The notes below the pieces were generated by a model. That model made no database searches, was not told the origin of the DNA, and worked only from the letters and a program-made list of their open reading frames with translations. Made by a program: the position numbers and the translations under genes. Below, piece by piece: positions 25,921-36,161 of a stretch of 64,000 nt of DNA. The DNA comes from Bdellovibrionota bacterium (GTDB taxonomy: Bacteria > Bdellovibrionota > UBA2428), in contig CAXNGS010000001.1 in assembly GCA_964202055.1 (NCBI GenBank), positions 224,186 to 288,185 of the forward strand, in the 5' to 3' direction. Within the stretch, counting starts at the first letter, position 1. Every line of letters starts with the position of its first letter.

Positions 25921-28635
25921 GTGTTGGGAGTTGGAGAAAAAGAGCGGGTGCCGCCTCGGGATTCCGAAGCCTGGAAAACCCCTTTATTTGAACAGTATTG
26001 GACCGCTAAAGACGGCGTTCCCGGAGCCTTGCTGTTTTTTCGACTCGGTGATTTTTACGAACTCTTTGGCGAAGACGCGGTCCAGGCCGCGCCGATCATG
26101 GAAGTTCAGTTAACTTCCCGAAGCAAAGGCTCTAAGGACAGCATCCCGATGTGCGGGGTTCCCGCCCATGCTGTCGACGCTTACACCGAAAAACTTTTAG
26201 CCCGCGGATTGAAGATCGCGCTTTGCGAACAAGTCTCGGAGCCGGGAAAAACTAAGTTAGTCGATCGCAAAGTCATCCGAGTTTTAACTCCGGGTTTGCC
26301 GACTGATTTTCAGCGACTCGACGCCAAAGAACCCCATTGGTTTTATTCGATCGGCTTTCACGATCAAAAATTGCAAATTTCGCTTTTCGATTTTCTGGCG
26401 GCCAAACTTTTTGAAGGCGAAGTTTCCACTGACGAAGAACTTTTGGATTTATTCTCACGAGCCAAGCCCCAAGAAATTCTGCTTTCCGAAACTGTTTCTA
26501 CTCAGCGCAGTTTTGAAAAAATTTGGCCGTCACTTAATGAAGGATCACGTTTTCGAACGATCATCACTCCTTGGATTGGCGCCACTTCAAGGGGGAATCT
26601 CGAAGATTACCTTAAATACACTCAAAAATTTTCTGAGCAAGACTTAAGCCAATTCATTCCCGAAGCTCGCGGATTGCATGAAGTGATTTCGTCGGGCGGC
26701 GCCCATTATGCGCGATTGCCAACTTCAGTGTTGGAGCAGTGGAATGTTTTCCCCGAACTTTTTGAACTGCTCGATGGCTGTGGCAGTGCGGTGGGATCTC
26801 GCCGGTTGCGTGAATTATTAGCGCGGCCCTTGCTTAGCGTTCAACGTATTCAAATCCGTCAGGAAATCCTGAAAAACTTTTCGGAATTTGAAAGTTTTCT
26901 AGCCGAATCTAAAAGCGTTTATGATTTTGAAAGAATCCTGGGGCGATTTCGAATTGGAGTGGCCCAGCCCCTTGAACTTTTTCGTTTCTTGGCCGCACTC
27001 CAACATTCGATCAACGGGTTAGGGCTGATCGAAGGTCAAGAACGATGGCAGAATTTCTTCCGCTCGGAAGTTTTGATTGAATTAAAACCCGTTTTGAATT
27101 CGCTGGGAAAACTTGCGCAGGAGTTAAGCCGAGCCCTCGACACCAGTGTTGAAGTTGTCAAAACAACTGATTTAAATTTATTAGTGCGTCGGGGTTTTAA
27201 TAGCGAATTAGATCACCTGAAAGACACTCATGAAAACGCCGGCCAATGGTTGGTGGATTTTGAAAATAAACTCAAGAGTGAAACTGCTATCTCCACTCTC
27301 AAAGTTCGCTTTAATAAAATTTTTGGCTATTACATTGAAGTTAGTAATTCGCACTTGAATAAAGTGCCCAGCACTTTTCAACGTAAACAAACCACTGTTA
27401 ACGGCGAGCGATTCACCTGCCAAGAATTGACCCAAAAAGAAAAAGAAATTCTGACTGCCGAAAGCCAAGTCGAAGCCAAAGCTCGCGAGATTCTAGAAAA
27501 TTTGCAAGCTCAAGTTTTGGCTGCGACAAAAGAGCTACAAGTTCTCATCGATCATTTTGCCTGGGCTGATGCATGGGCGGGCCTTCGAAAAAATTTGCGC
27601 AAGCTTTCTGTATTGGTGCCCTGGAATTATCCGCTGATCGAAGAAGGTTCGCGATTTCAATTCTCGGCCGAAGATTTGCGTCATCCGATTTTGGCAGCAC
27701 GGGATCGAGAATTCGTGGCCAATTCAATCGCTATCAGCTCTCACGAAAAACCCGTCATGGTGCTCACCGGGCCCAACATGGCCGGTAAATCCACTTTCAT
27801 GCGCCAATGTGGCTTGGCGGTTTTGATGGCTCAGTGTGGGCTGCCGGTTCCGGCAACGTCGATGAAACTAGTTCCATCAAGCGGCTTTTATTCGCGAATG
27901 GGCGCGTCGGATCGAATTCTTTCCGGCGAAAGCACCTTCATGGTTGAGATGAAAGAATGCTCGCAAATTTTGCGTGACGCTGATCAAAATAGTTTCTTAT
28001 TGCTCGACGAAATTGGTCGTGGCACTTCCACTCAAGACGGTTTGGCAATTGCCCGCGCGATTTTAAAATACATTCACGACGAATTGGGCGCTCCCACCAT
28101 TTTTGCAACTCACTATCATGAACTTAGCCGCGATGCTGACGCGTTGTCTTTGGCCCGCAATGCTTCCTTGGGAATTCGAGAATACCGCGGACGACTTCTT
28201 TTTTTACGCAAGCTCGAGTTTCAAGCCGCCGAAAGCAGTTACGGAATCTACGTCGCTAAATTAGCCGGATTACCACTCGCGATTTTAAAAAGCGCCGAGA
28301 AATTTTTCCGACAGAATTTAGAATTGGAAAATTCGAATTCGATACCTCAGTTGAATCTGTTTCAAACATCGGCCACTCAAACTCAGCTTTTAGAAGTCGA
28401 AGAGCCAAAATTAGATCCAAAAGTCGAATCGATTTTGAGTGAGTTAGAGTCCACTGATGTTCTCGAGCTTAGTCCTAAAGAAGCCTGGCTTCGTTTGGAG
28501 TCATTGGTGACAAGGGCCCTTGATATGGAAGCAAGACTTTCACAAAAAACAAAGAAAAGCGGCCATTTCGGCAGCCAAGGCGGCCATCAAAGTGGCGGAA
28601 CTTCCCCTGAATCGCCTGATTTCTTAGAATCTTGA
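25921..28635 (+). CDS. mutS: DNA mismatch repair protein MutS
   Basis: FFRLGDFYELFGEDA at the N-terminus. Walker A GPNMAGKSTFMRQ, LLLDEIGRGTST, FATHYHEL. GTG start at 25921 is the first in-frame start. Confidence 0.93.
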   Translation: MLGVGEKERVPPRDSEAWKTPLFEQYWTAKDGVPGALLFFRLGDFYELFGEDAVQAAPIMEVQLTSRSKGSKDSIPMCGVPAHAVDAYTEKLLARGLKIALCEQVSEPGKTKLVDRKVIRVLTPGLPTDFQRLDAKEPHWFYSIGFHDQKLQISLFDFLAAKLFEGEVSTDEELLDLFSRAKPQEILLSETVSTQRSFEKIWPSLNEGSRFRTIITPWIGATSRGNLEDYLKYTQKFSEQDLSQFIPEARGLHEVISSGGAHYARLPTSVLEQWNVFPELFELLDGCGSAVGSRRLRELLARPLLSVQRIQIRQEILKNFSEFESFLAESKSVYDFERILGRFRIGVAQPLELFRFLAALQHSINGLGLIEGQERWQNFFRSEVLIELKPVLNSLGKLAQELSRALDTSVEVVKTTDLNLLVRRGFNSELDHLKDTHENAGQWLVDFENKLKSETAISTLKVRFNKIFGYYIEVSNSHLNKVPSTFQRKQTTVNGERFTCQELTQKEKEILTAESQVEAKAREILENLQAQVLAATKELQVLIDHFAWADAWAGLRKNLRKLSVLVPWNYPLIEEGSRFQFSAEDLRHPILAARDREFVANSIAISSHEKPVMVLTGPNMAGKSTFMRQCGLAVLMAQCGLPVPATSMKLVPSSGFYSRMGASDRILSGESTFMVEMKECSQILRDADQNSFLLLDEIGRGTSTQDGLAIARAILKYIHDELGAPTIFATHYHELSRDADALSLARNASLGIREYRGRLLFLRKLEFQAAESSYGIYVAKLAGLPLAILKSAEKFFRQNLELENSNSIPQLNLFQTSATQTQLLEVEEPKLDPKVESILSELESTDVLELSPKEAWLRLESLVTRALDMEARLSQKTKKSGHFGSQGGHQSGGTSPESPDFLES

Positions 28636-29543
28636 TTTTTCTTCTGGGGGTCCTCGACTCCCTTTCGGGTGCAAGATCCGGCCAAGCGCTCAATTCGATC
28701 TCGTGCATCTTTGTCGTCTGGATCAAAATAGAGGGCTCGGCAAGAGGCTTCGACCGATTCGCCCTTACGATCCAAAATCTCAGTGCTGCGTGCAATCCGG
28801 TTTTCAATGGAAGTTTTCATGCCCAAGCTAGCTTCTGGCACGTTTCGCGCGTAGTCGCCGGTGTAGTGGTCCCGCGATTTGATATACTCGGCATAAGCCT
28901 GAGGCATATTCGCCAATCTTAAAAAGTAAAAATCGCCGACTTCGGCATCGACTCGCCAGTGCGTGGGGTTTGAGAGCCGGGCCTTCATTAACTCTTCCAG
29001 GGCTTCTGCATTCTTTTTAGACTCAGTGATCCCGCCTTGACGGCGGCCTTCGCGCCACAATAACCAGGCGCTGACGAAATAGGATTCTAGGTCTTGAGGC
29101 TCTCGCCGAGAGATTTCACGAAGCGAGCTAACTGCTCGAAAATAATCACCTATTTTCTCATAACACTCGGCCAAATTCCACAAATCTTTGGTGGTTTTCT
29201 GGGGCAATTGTTCGCAATTGAGTTTGTCTAAGAAGGACTTGGAATGGCCACTTTTCGCAGCTGCATTTTCTTCATGGTTAGAAAGATTTTCTTCTTCGCT
29301 GGAAGTTTTGCTTTGATCGGTGATTTTTTTTTCAGGCGCCGCGGGGGCTGCCTCTGGGGCCGCTTTGATAATATTGACTTTGACTGCAGGGTGGGGATTT
29401 TCTTTTTTCTGCTTGGCTGATGGCTTCGAAGCTGACTTTGGGCTGCTCGCCTCTACCGCGCTCGAAGTCAAAAACAGCTGAGTCGTCATGACGAAAAAAA
29501 GTGCTGGAACCTGGGCCCACCGTTGAAACTGAAGACCGTTCAT
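28587..29543 (-). CDS. secreted TPR-like repeat protein
   Basis: Signal peptide ALFFVMTTQLFLTSSAVEA. Lys/Pro/Ala-rich linker. Helical repeats (AECYEKIGDYFRAVSSL, YFVSAWLLWREG). The 3' end overlaps the mutS 3' end by 49 nt. Confidence 0.55.
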   Translation of the reverse strand: MNGLQFQRWAQVPALFFVMTTQLFLTSSAVEASSPKSASKPSAKQKKENPHPAVKVNIIKAAPEAAPAAPEKKITDQSKTSSEEENLSNHEENAAAKSGHSKSFLDKLNCEQLPQKTTKDLWNLAECYEKIGDYFRAVSSLREISRREPQDLESYFVSAWLLWREGRRQGGITESKKNAEALEELMKARLSNPTHWRVDAEVGDFYFLRLANMPQAYAEYIKSRDHYTGDYARNVPEASLGMKTSIENRIARSTEILDRKGESVEASCRALYFDPDDKDARDRIERLAGSCTRKGVEDPQKKNQDSKKSGDSGEVPPL

Positions 29544-29559
29544 AGAAGCTCCAGTTTAG

Positions 29560-30684
<1,125 letters not shown>

Positions 30685-30796
30685 TCGCCGTGGTGTTACA
30701 ATCGATTAATCGGTCTGCTTCCAGAATCAGTTAATCTCACTAATTTTTTCTCTATAAAATAGCCAAAGTAGCTAAAATCTAAGTTATTTTTGAACC

Positions 30797-30818
30797 AGCC
30801 CCCCTTTTTTTGGGGGCT
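30797..30818 (+). terminator. possible hairpin downstream of mreB
   Basis: AGCCCCC / GGGGGCT stem around a T-rich loop. No T-tract after the stem, so weak as an intrinsic terminator. Confidence 0.3.
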
Positions 30819-30880
30819 CATAAATCCAGTACAGACCTATTAAGTTAGCACGGCGCATTATTGGATGTATCTCCCTACCT

Positions 30881-31972
30881 ATGCGATTGGCAATCAGGGG
30901 TGATGCTGATTCTTTTAGGGTTGGGACCCTTCGCTTCTCAAATTTTTATAAATACAGCTTATTTAATAGAATATTTATAGTTCTTGGGCTCTTCGCCCCA
31001 TTTTTAATCATTCAGAATGCTGATGCGGTCAAACTAAGTTGCAGCACCCGCTTGTCGCCTGCGAGCGTTGAAGCCCAAGTCGTCAAAGTTTCCGAGCTTA
31101 CGAATCCTGAAGTTGGATCGATCTTCGAAAATTACCCACAAATTAAAAAAGGAATGCTCGAACAGCTGGCGCTGGTTCGTCGAACCACCATTGAGATCAA
31201 TTCGATGCCAAGTGGCGTGATGTCACCCGAACAAATTTTTTCTCGGGGCATGAGCTTACGTAAACAAATTGTGTTGAGTCTTCGCGATTATCGTATCAAT
31301 TGCCAAGCTTGCGAGCCCTTTCAGAGAGAAGTCGACCAGATATTAGGTCGAATCGAGGCCCTCACTCTGGTGTTGGAGTTAAAACGCGAAGAAGAAATCG
31401 GCAAAATCAGCGAGAACTTGAGTGGCCATTATGGTGGCCAAGTCATTCGTAATTTAGTGGGCGATATCTTGGGTCAAGTCACAGAGCTTTATGGTTTCGG
31501 AATGCTCAACAATCCACGACGGGGAATTAAGATGGGCCCTTATTTGGCGACGCTTTTTCACGCCCCTCCCAGAAGCGTTCGAGACACCTTTAAAGACCGA
31601 GGCATTGAAGTTCGGATGTTGGACAAAGAAATCGATTTGATGACCAATAGCGATCGTGTTTGGGTCGAGGTCAAAGCCTTCGATGTTGAAAGCCCGGGAA
31701 CTTCTTGGCGTTTTAAATTGATCTCGCAAATGAACGATCACTTGATGCTGATGAAGCGCTTGTCGGTTGGAATTACTTACGCTTCGGGGACTTCTCAACA
31801 GCGATTGGTCGTCGGTAACGGCCAAAAGCTTCGTTATTTCTTTTTGGGCTCGCTGCCTGCTGATTTAAGGGATGAGCTGGTCGCCGCCGCTAAAAGCGAG
31901 CTTGAGGCCTTAAACAAGGCCTATGGTGGCCAGGCTCTGAGCGTTGAATTCGCGAGCATTCCTTTGCAGTAA
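30881..31972 (+). CDS. hypothetical exported protein with PD-(D/E)xK (YraN-like) nuclease motif
   Basis: Signal-like IFIVLGLFAPFLIIQNADA. C-terminal half contains KEIDLMTNSDRVWVEVKAF, the GEIDLI...FVEVK pattern of UPF0102/YraN-type endonuclease folds. Confidence 0.5.
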   Translation: MRLAIRGDADSFRVGTLRFSNFYKYSLFNRIFIVLGLFAPFLIIQNADAVKLSCSTRLSPASVEAQVVKVSELTNPEVGSIFENYPQIKKGMLEQLALVRRTTIEINSMPSGVMSPEQIFSRGMSLRKQIVLSLRDYRINCQACEPFQREVDQILGRIEALTLVLELKREEEIGKISENLSGHYGGQVIRNLVGDILGQVTELYGFGMLNNPRRGIKMGPYLATLFHAPPRSVRDTFKDRGIEVRMLDKEIDLMTNSDRVWVEVKAFDVESPGTSWRFKLISQMNDHLMLMKRLSVGITYASGTSQQRLVVGNGQKLRYFFLGSLPADLRDELVAAAKSELEALNKAYGGQALSVEFASIPLQ

Positions 31973-32000
31973 TTTTTGCTCAAAGATTTCTACTCGTATT

Positions 32001-32060
32001 CTTTTCTCTTAATCTTTTCTCTTAATCTTTTCTCTTAATCTTTTCTCTTATGCTTTTCTC
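32001..32060. repeat. 13-bp tandem repeat CTTTTCTCTTAAT, about 4.6 copies
   Basis: Read directly: units at 32001-13, 32014-26 and 32027-39 are identical; 32040-52 is CTTTTCTCTTATG; 32053-60 is a partial unit. Confidence 0.9.
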
Positions 32061-32166
32061 AAAAGCACTTTTGTTCTTTTAAATCATGCGACAGGCGAAT
32101 TAAGGGCATAAGCCTTCAAAGTCAGACATCTTTTCTTGACTCTTAATGGCAGCAATGTGAGACCCA

Positions 32167-35100
32167 GTGCGTAATACGAAACGGGGGTATTCCTTGGTAC
32201 AAAATTTGGAACAAAAATCGGCACAAAAATTAGGACGAAAACTTAGAATTATTATCCAACACTCCTTGGTCTTTATACTGATGCTAATGTTTGCGCCGCT
32301 TGGGCACTCGCAAAACGTGGGGAGCAGTGAAGCCACCGATGTTTTGGACGAAACCACCCTTCACTCGACGCCCATTGCAAAAATTTACATGGCGCGAGTT
32401 CTTTTAGAGAATCATGAAAATTGGGCTGAAGCCTACGAATTGCTTCGCGATGTTTTGAAAAATCACCGCGAGGAAATGAACTCGATTGTTTATAAAAAAA
32501 TCGATCGCGCCGCAAAACAAGTGGCTCGCTATCTGCCCGAAACTTACATCCGACAAAAGGTAAATGCCCGTCATTTAATTCGCCCGTTTTTAGAAGCCCA
32601 ATATTTGCTGAATGAAGCTTTGATGGATTGGCGGGTCGCTCTCAATAACTCGTCTGATTCTGAAACCGTTTTTGTTGAAAAGCTTTTGCAAAGTTATTTT
32701 TTTCCGGGATTCGAAGACCGCGGAATGATCATGTATCCCGATCAAACCAGTTATGCTTTCGACATTTTTGCTTTGACTCCGGAAAACGTACAGCGCGCCC
32801 GTCGCCATACGTCGACCGATAAAGATCCACGCCAAGGTGGCTATAACAATCGATATCCCACTTCTCCTTCGACCGGAATCCCCGGTGGCAGTGGTGGTGG
32901 CTCTCCTTATATTCCGCGACCGCCGGGAGTTCCGGGAACCAATCCGACTCCGGTACCACCCTTTGTTCCGCCCGGTGGTGGCAGCAGCGGTGGCACGGTC
33001 GGTGGGGGCACGCCGGTCAGTCCGTGGCCGCGTCCTCCGGGATCGGGCGTCGGCCGAGGTCCAGTTGATTGGGACAATCCCGCTTTCAATATGAAATTAT
33101 ACAAAGCCAATGGCTTTATCGATGACGCTCTTCAATCGGGCGTTGATTTGGGCGACATCACTGAAGAAGTCGTTCGAATCATCAAGCAATTTAAAATTGA
33201 TGATCGAGTGACCAACCGTTACCTCGAGCAAGCGCTGATGATGCAATCGATTGCCGATCCGGGATCGATTTTATTTGATCCACAATTGCAAGAATTTTTG
33301 AAAGGCGTTCGATTGACCGTTTACCTGGGAGATATGCCTGCGAATTCAGCCAATGAATGGGATCTTTTGAAAGACGTGCTCAGCGAAAAGCTGGTGACTC
33401 GCGATAAGGAAGGCAACGTTCGCATTAAAATGTCGGGACTGGTTGGCGAACAACGCCCCGGCACTCAAGAAGGTTTGGAAATTCGCTTGCAGCAAGTTCA
33501 AGGCGGCGAGCGCCAAGCGCTTTATGTGATTTCAGGAATTGCGGGTCCGGATTTGTTGCGACTGCGGCTCTTCATGTCGATGGCCACCATTTTTAGAGAC
33601 TGGGACAAAGGCACCGCGATGGCGCGTACCGCTGCCGGGGTGATTTCCCAAACTCAGACTTATATTTATTTGGCGAAGATGGGGAAACTCGTCATTGATT
33701 TCTCGAAAATCGGCGCCCGTGATGCGGGTCGAGTTTTGATGTGGATGATTCGAATCGTTTATTACACGATCGAAGCTTTCCCCGGAATTAAACCTCAATC
33801 GATCAATCAAATTCGCGAACTTTTGCGAACCGCTGCCCTCACCATTTCGCGAGGTGGGGTTGAGAAATTTACTAAGTTCTATCAGTGGATGAATCCCCGT
33901 GTTCAGCAGACTTTCAATTACGTTAAGAATCAGAAGTACATTAAAAACGGCGCGGCCGCTAATGGACTTTTGGTCTTGGCTTTGGCTGCAGAGACTTTCA
34001 TCATTGCGACTCAATACAAGCACGCAAAAAATGCCGATGAAAAATACGAAGTGTGGCAAGAAGGTGCTTCGCGCTTGGGTGCGACGCTGACTTACGCATT
34101 GCCCGTGGTTGGTATGGGCGCGGCCATTGTGGACTTGGCGCACAATTATTTGAAATTACCTTTTGAAACTGCGGATGCCTTCCGGGCTTACCGTCGTGGC
34201 GTCGAAAATTGGGCTTACAAACATTATTCTGGAATGAACAAAATGGAATTTGATTTGTTTGATTTGCAGATGAGTTTGAACTTGCCGCGAAATCCGTTCT
34301 ACATCGAGCGCTACGCCAAGCAGGTCACAACCCTAGAGCAAGCTCGCCAAAACATGGTTGAACTCGACCAGCAAATTCAAGACATCTCGTCGCGCTATTT
34401 GATTTTGCTTTACGTGGCTCACAATCGAATTGCTCCGACACGCCAAAACATTTTTGGCCGTAAACAAGAAGTTTACATGACCGAATTTGCCGGCAACTAC
34501 AATTCTTACACTCGAACCCGTGCACTGCTTTTGGAGTCAATGGTGAGATTAAAGGACGACAAGACTCCGCCGAAGGACGACCTTTTTCCGATCCCTGGAG
34601 ATCCGAATTCAAAAGAAGCAGCCAAGGCGCCACCGGTTCAAAATCAAACTCCGACGAATGGCGCTCCGACAATTGGGCCCTTCTTGCCTCCGGCTCCCCA
34701 GGTTCCGACTCCGAGTCCCGTGATTCCCCCAGCAACGGTAAAGGTCTCGCCGACTAATCCGAGCAATTCTGCTCCGGTTGTGGTGATTCCGTTTGTGCCG
34801 GTTCAACCCGGTTCAAAGGCCGCGGTGAAAGTTGCTGAACCAGCAGCGACCGTCAAGGCCACACCCGCAACTCGGGATTTACCGCGCAGCAAAATTCCAA
34901 CACCGCCTCCAGCGAAAGCTAAATCCAAAGTTAAAGCGGCGCCTGCAGTTGTTAAAAAAGTTCCGGTGACTAAACCTCCGGTCTCTACAACTTTGCCGCC
35001 TCTTAAGGCTGGAAACAGTCCGAACCCGAATTCAAACACCAATTCTGGATCGACTCCGATTCCGCCATTCAGTCCGCCTGCAAGCAATCCGGGGACAGGA

Positions 35101-35178
35101 AACGGCGAAGTGAATTTGCCAGGGAAGGGCCCGACCAGCCAAATGCGCCTGGCTTCTGAATTTTTGCTTAGTGCTTAG
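32167..35178 (+). CDS. large (about 1000 aa) hypothetical protein with Pro/Gly-rich linker, central hydrophobic helices and long Pro/Lys/Thr-rich tail
   Basis: Long ORF. Signal-like SLVFILMLMFAPLGHS. PGGSGGGSPYIPRPPGVPGTNPTPVPPFVPPGGGSSGG linker. Hydrophobic segments (GLLVLALAAETFIIAT, YALPVVGMGAAIVDLA). About 180-aa proline-rich C-terminus. Start codon uncertain. Confidence 0.6.
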   Translation: MRNTKRGYSLVQNLEQKSAQKLGRKLRIIIQHSLVFILMLMFAPLGHSQNVGSSEATDVLDETTLHSTPIAKIYMARVLLENHENWAEAYELLRDVLKNHREEMNSIVYKKIDRAAKQVARYLPETYIRQKVNARHLIRPFLEAQYLLNEALMDWRVALNNSSDSETVFVEKLLQSYFFPGFEDRGMIMYPDQTSYAFDIFALTPENVQRARRHTSTDKDPRQGGYNNRYPTSPSTGIPGGSGGGSPYIPRPPGVPGTNPTPVPPFVPPGGGSSGGTVGGGTPVSPWPRPPGSGVGRGPVDWDNPAFNMKLYKANGFIDDALQSGVDLGDITEEVVRIIKQFKIDDRVTNRYLEQALMMQSIADPGSILFDPQLQEFLKGVRLTVYLGDMPANSANEWDLLKDVLSEKLVTRDKEGNVRIKMSGLVGEQRPGTQEGLEIRLQQVQGGERQALYVISGIAGPDLLRLRLFMSMATIFRDWDKGTAMARTAAGVISQTQTYIYLAKMGKLVIDFSKIGARDAGRVLMWMIRIVYYTIEAFPGIKPQSINQIRELLRTAALTISRGGVEKFTKFYQWMNPRVQQTFNYVKNQKYIKNGAAANGLLVLALAAETFIIATQYKHAKNADEKYEVWQEGASRLGATLTYALPVVGMGAAIVDLAHNYLKLPFETADAFRAYRRGVENWAYKHYSGMNKMEFDLFDLQMSLNLPRNPFYIERYAKQVTTLEQARQNMVELDQQIQDISSRYLILLYVAHNRIAPTRQNIFGRKQEVYMTEFAGNYNSYTRTRALLLESMVRLKDDKTPPKDDLFPIPGDPNSKEAAKAPPVQNQTPTNGAPTIGPFLPPAPQVPTPSPVIPPATVKVSPTNPSNSAPVVVIPFVPVQPGSKAAVKVAEPAATVKATPATRDLPRSKIPTPPPAKAKSKVKAAPAVVKKVPVTKPPVSTTLPPLKAGNSPNPNSNTNSGSTPIPPFSPPASNPGTGNGEVNLPGKGPTSQMRLASEFLLSA

Positions 35179-35186
35179 CTAAAAAT

Positions 35187-36092
35187 TTAGGCTAGGTGCA
35201 AAAGTTTCTTGTCTGTTTGAAAAGCTTGGAGGCAAATATCAGCCTTCAAGCTTTTTTTCTTTTGGGAACGTTGTTGTTCCAAAATCAAATAATTTAAATC
35301 GTCTAATAGTTCAGAGTCCGGAGTGGGAATGGGCGAAGCCGATTCTTCTGCGGATTCATGACTCAGTTCTAAGTTGATCTCGCGGAAAAATTCAGCGATC
35401 GAGTCGGTGGGATTCCAACTTGCGCCCATCAAGAAAAATCGCTGTCCTGGTTTCATTTGCGAAGCGTATTTCAAGTTCTTGAGGTTCAACTGATCGATCG
35501 CCGAAAAGGGCAAGTGCTTTAAAGCTGCGGGATTTTTAACGTAATGGTCCAGTGAATCGCAGTGAAAATTTTCCCAACGATTTTTTTCTTGAGAGCGGAT
35601 TACGGGGGGCGGAAAGCCAAAACCAATCGACTCTAAGCTCAGTCGGCTCATATCGAGTCGACGAATCATCAGTCGTAAATTTCCGGTGTTGTCTTGGTTT
35701 AAATTTTTAACGGTGCTCAGCAGTTCCTGAAAAACCACTTCGATGTCCCCTTTGGCATGGGCGGATAATATTTTTTGGCTTTGCAGGGTCATAAAGGTTT
35801 GGGTGACGAGCGATGCCAATCCAAAGTTTGAAGTCCAGCTCTGCAGAATCCACAAAATCCGGTTATTTTCCGAAGGAATCAAATCGTAAAACTCGCTCGA
35901 AAGTTCGCGGGCTGAAATGTATTTGGCGAAAGTTTCCAATCCGTGAAATTTGGGCAATCGATTGGGCATCAAAAGGGCTTGGACCGAACGCGCCATTTTT
36001 AATTCTTCTTCGGTGCTTTTCAGCAATTCGCGCAAGCGGCCTTCCAAAAGATCGAGTTTGACTTTTAAATTTTTCAGATTTTCATCGCTCAT
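35187..36092 (-). CDS. coiled-coil + degenerate PP2C/SpoIIE-like domain protein
   Basis: ARSVQALLMPNRLPKFHGLETFAKYISARELSSEFYDLIP follows the SpoIIE pattern A..iQ..LLP...P...g.e.a..y.Pa.evgGDfYD, but GGD is replaced by SSE and the next metal site reads QSWTSNFG. Confidence 0.45.
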   Translation of the reverse strand: MSDENLKNLKVKLDLLEGRLRELLKSTEEELKMARSVQALLMPNRLPKFHGLETFAKYISARELSSEFYDLIPSENNRILWILQSWTSNFGLASLVTQTFMTLQSQKILSAHAKGDIEVVFQELLSTVKNLNQDNTGNLRLMIRRLDMSRLSLESIGFGFPPPVIRSQEKNRWENFHCDSLDHYVKNPAALKHLPFSAIDQLNLKNLKYASQMKPGQRFFLMGASWNPTDSIAEFFREINLELSHESAEESASPIPTPDSELLDDLNYLILEQQRSQKKKSLKADICLQAFQTDKKLLHLA

Positions 36093-36161
36093 AAATTAGA
36101 ACACATGCTTATGCTGATCCCCTAAACTTATTCTCAGAGCGAGTGCCTAAAAAGGCAAGAG

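Noticed and set aside
32001-32060. Considered whether the direct repeats could be a CRISPR array.
   Set aside because: The units are 13 bp and strictly tandem with no spacers, and no cas genes occur in the window.
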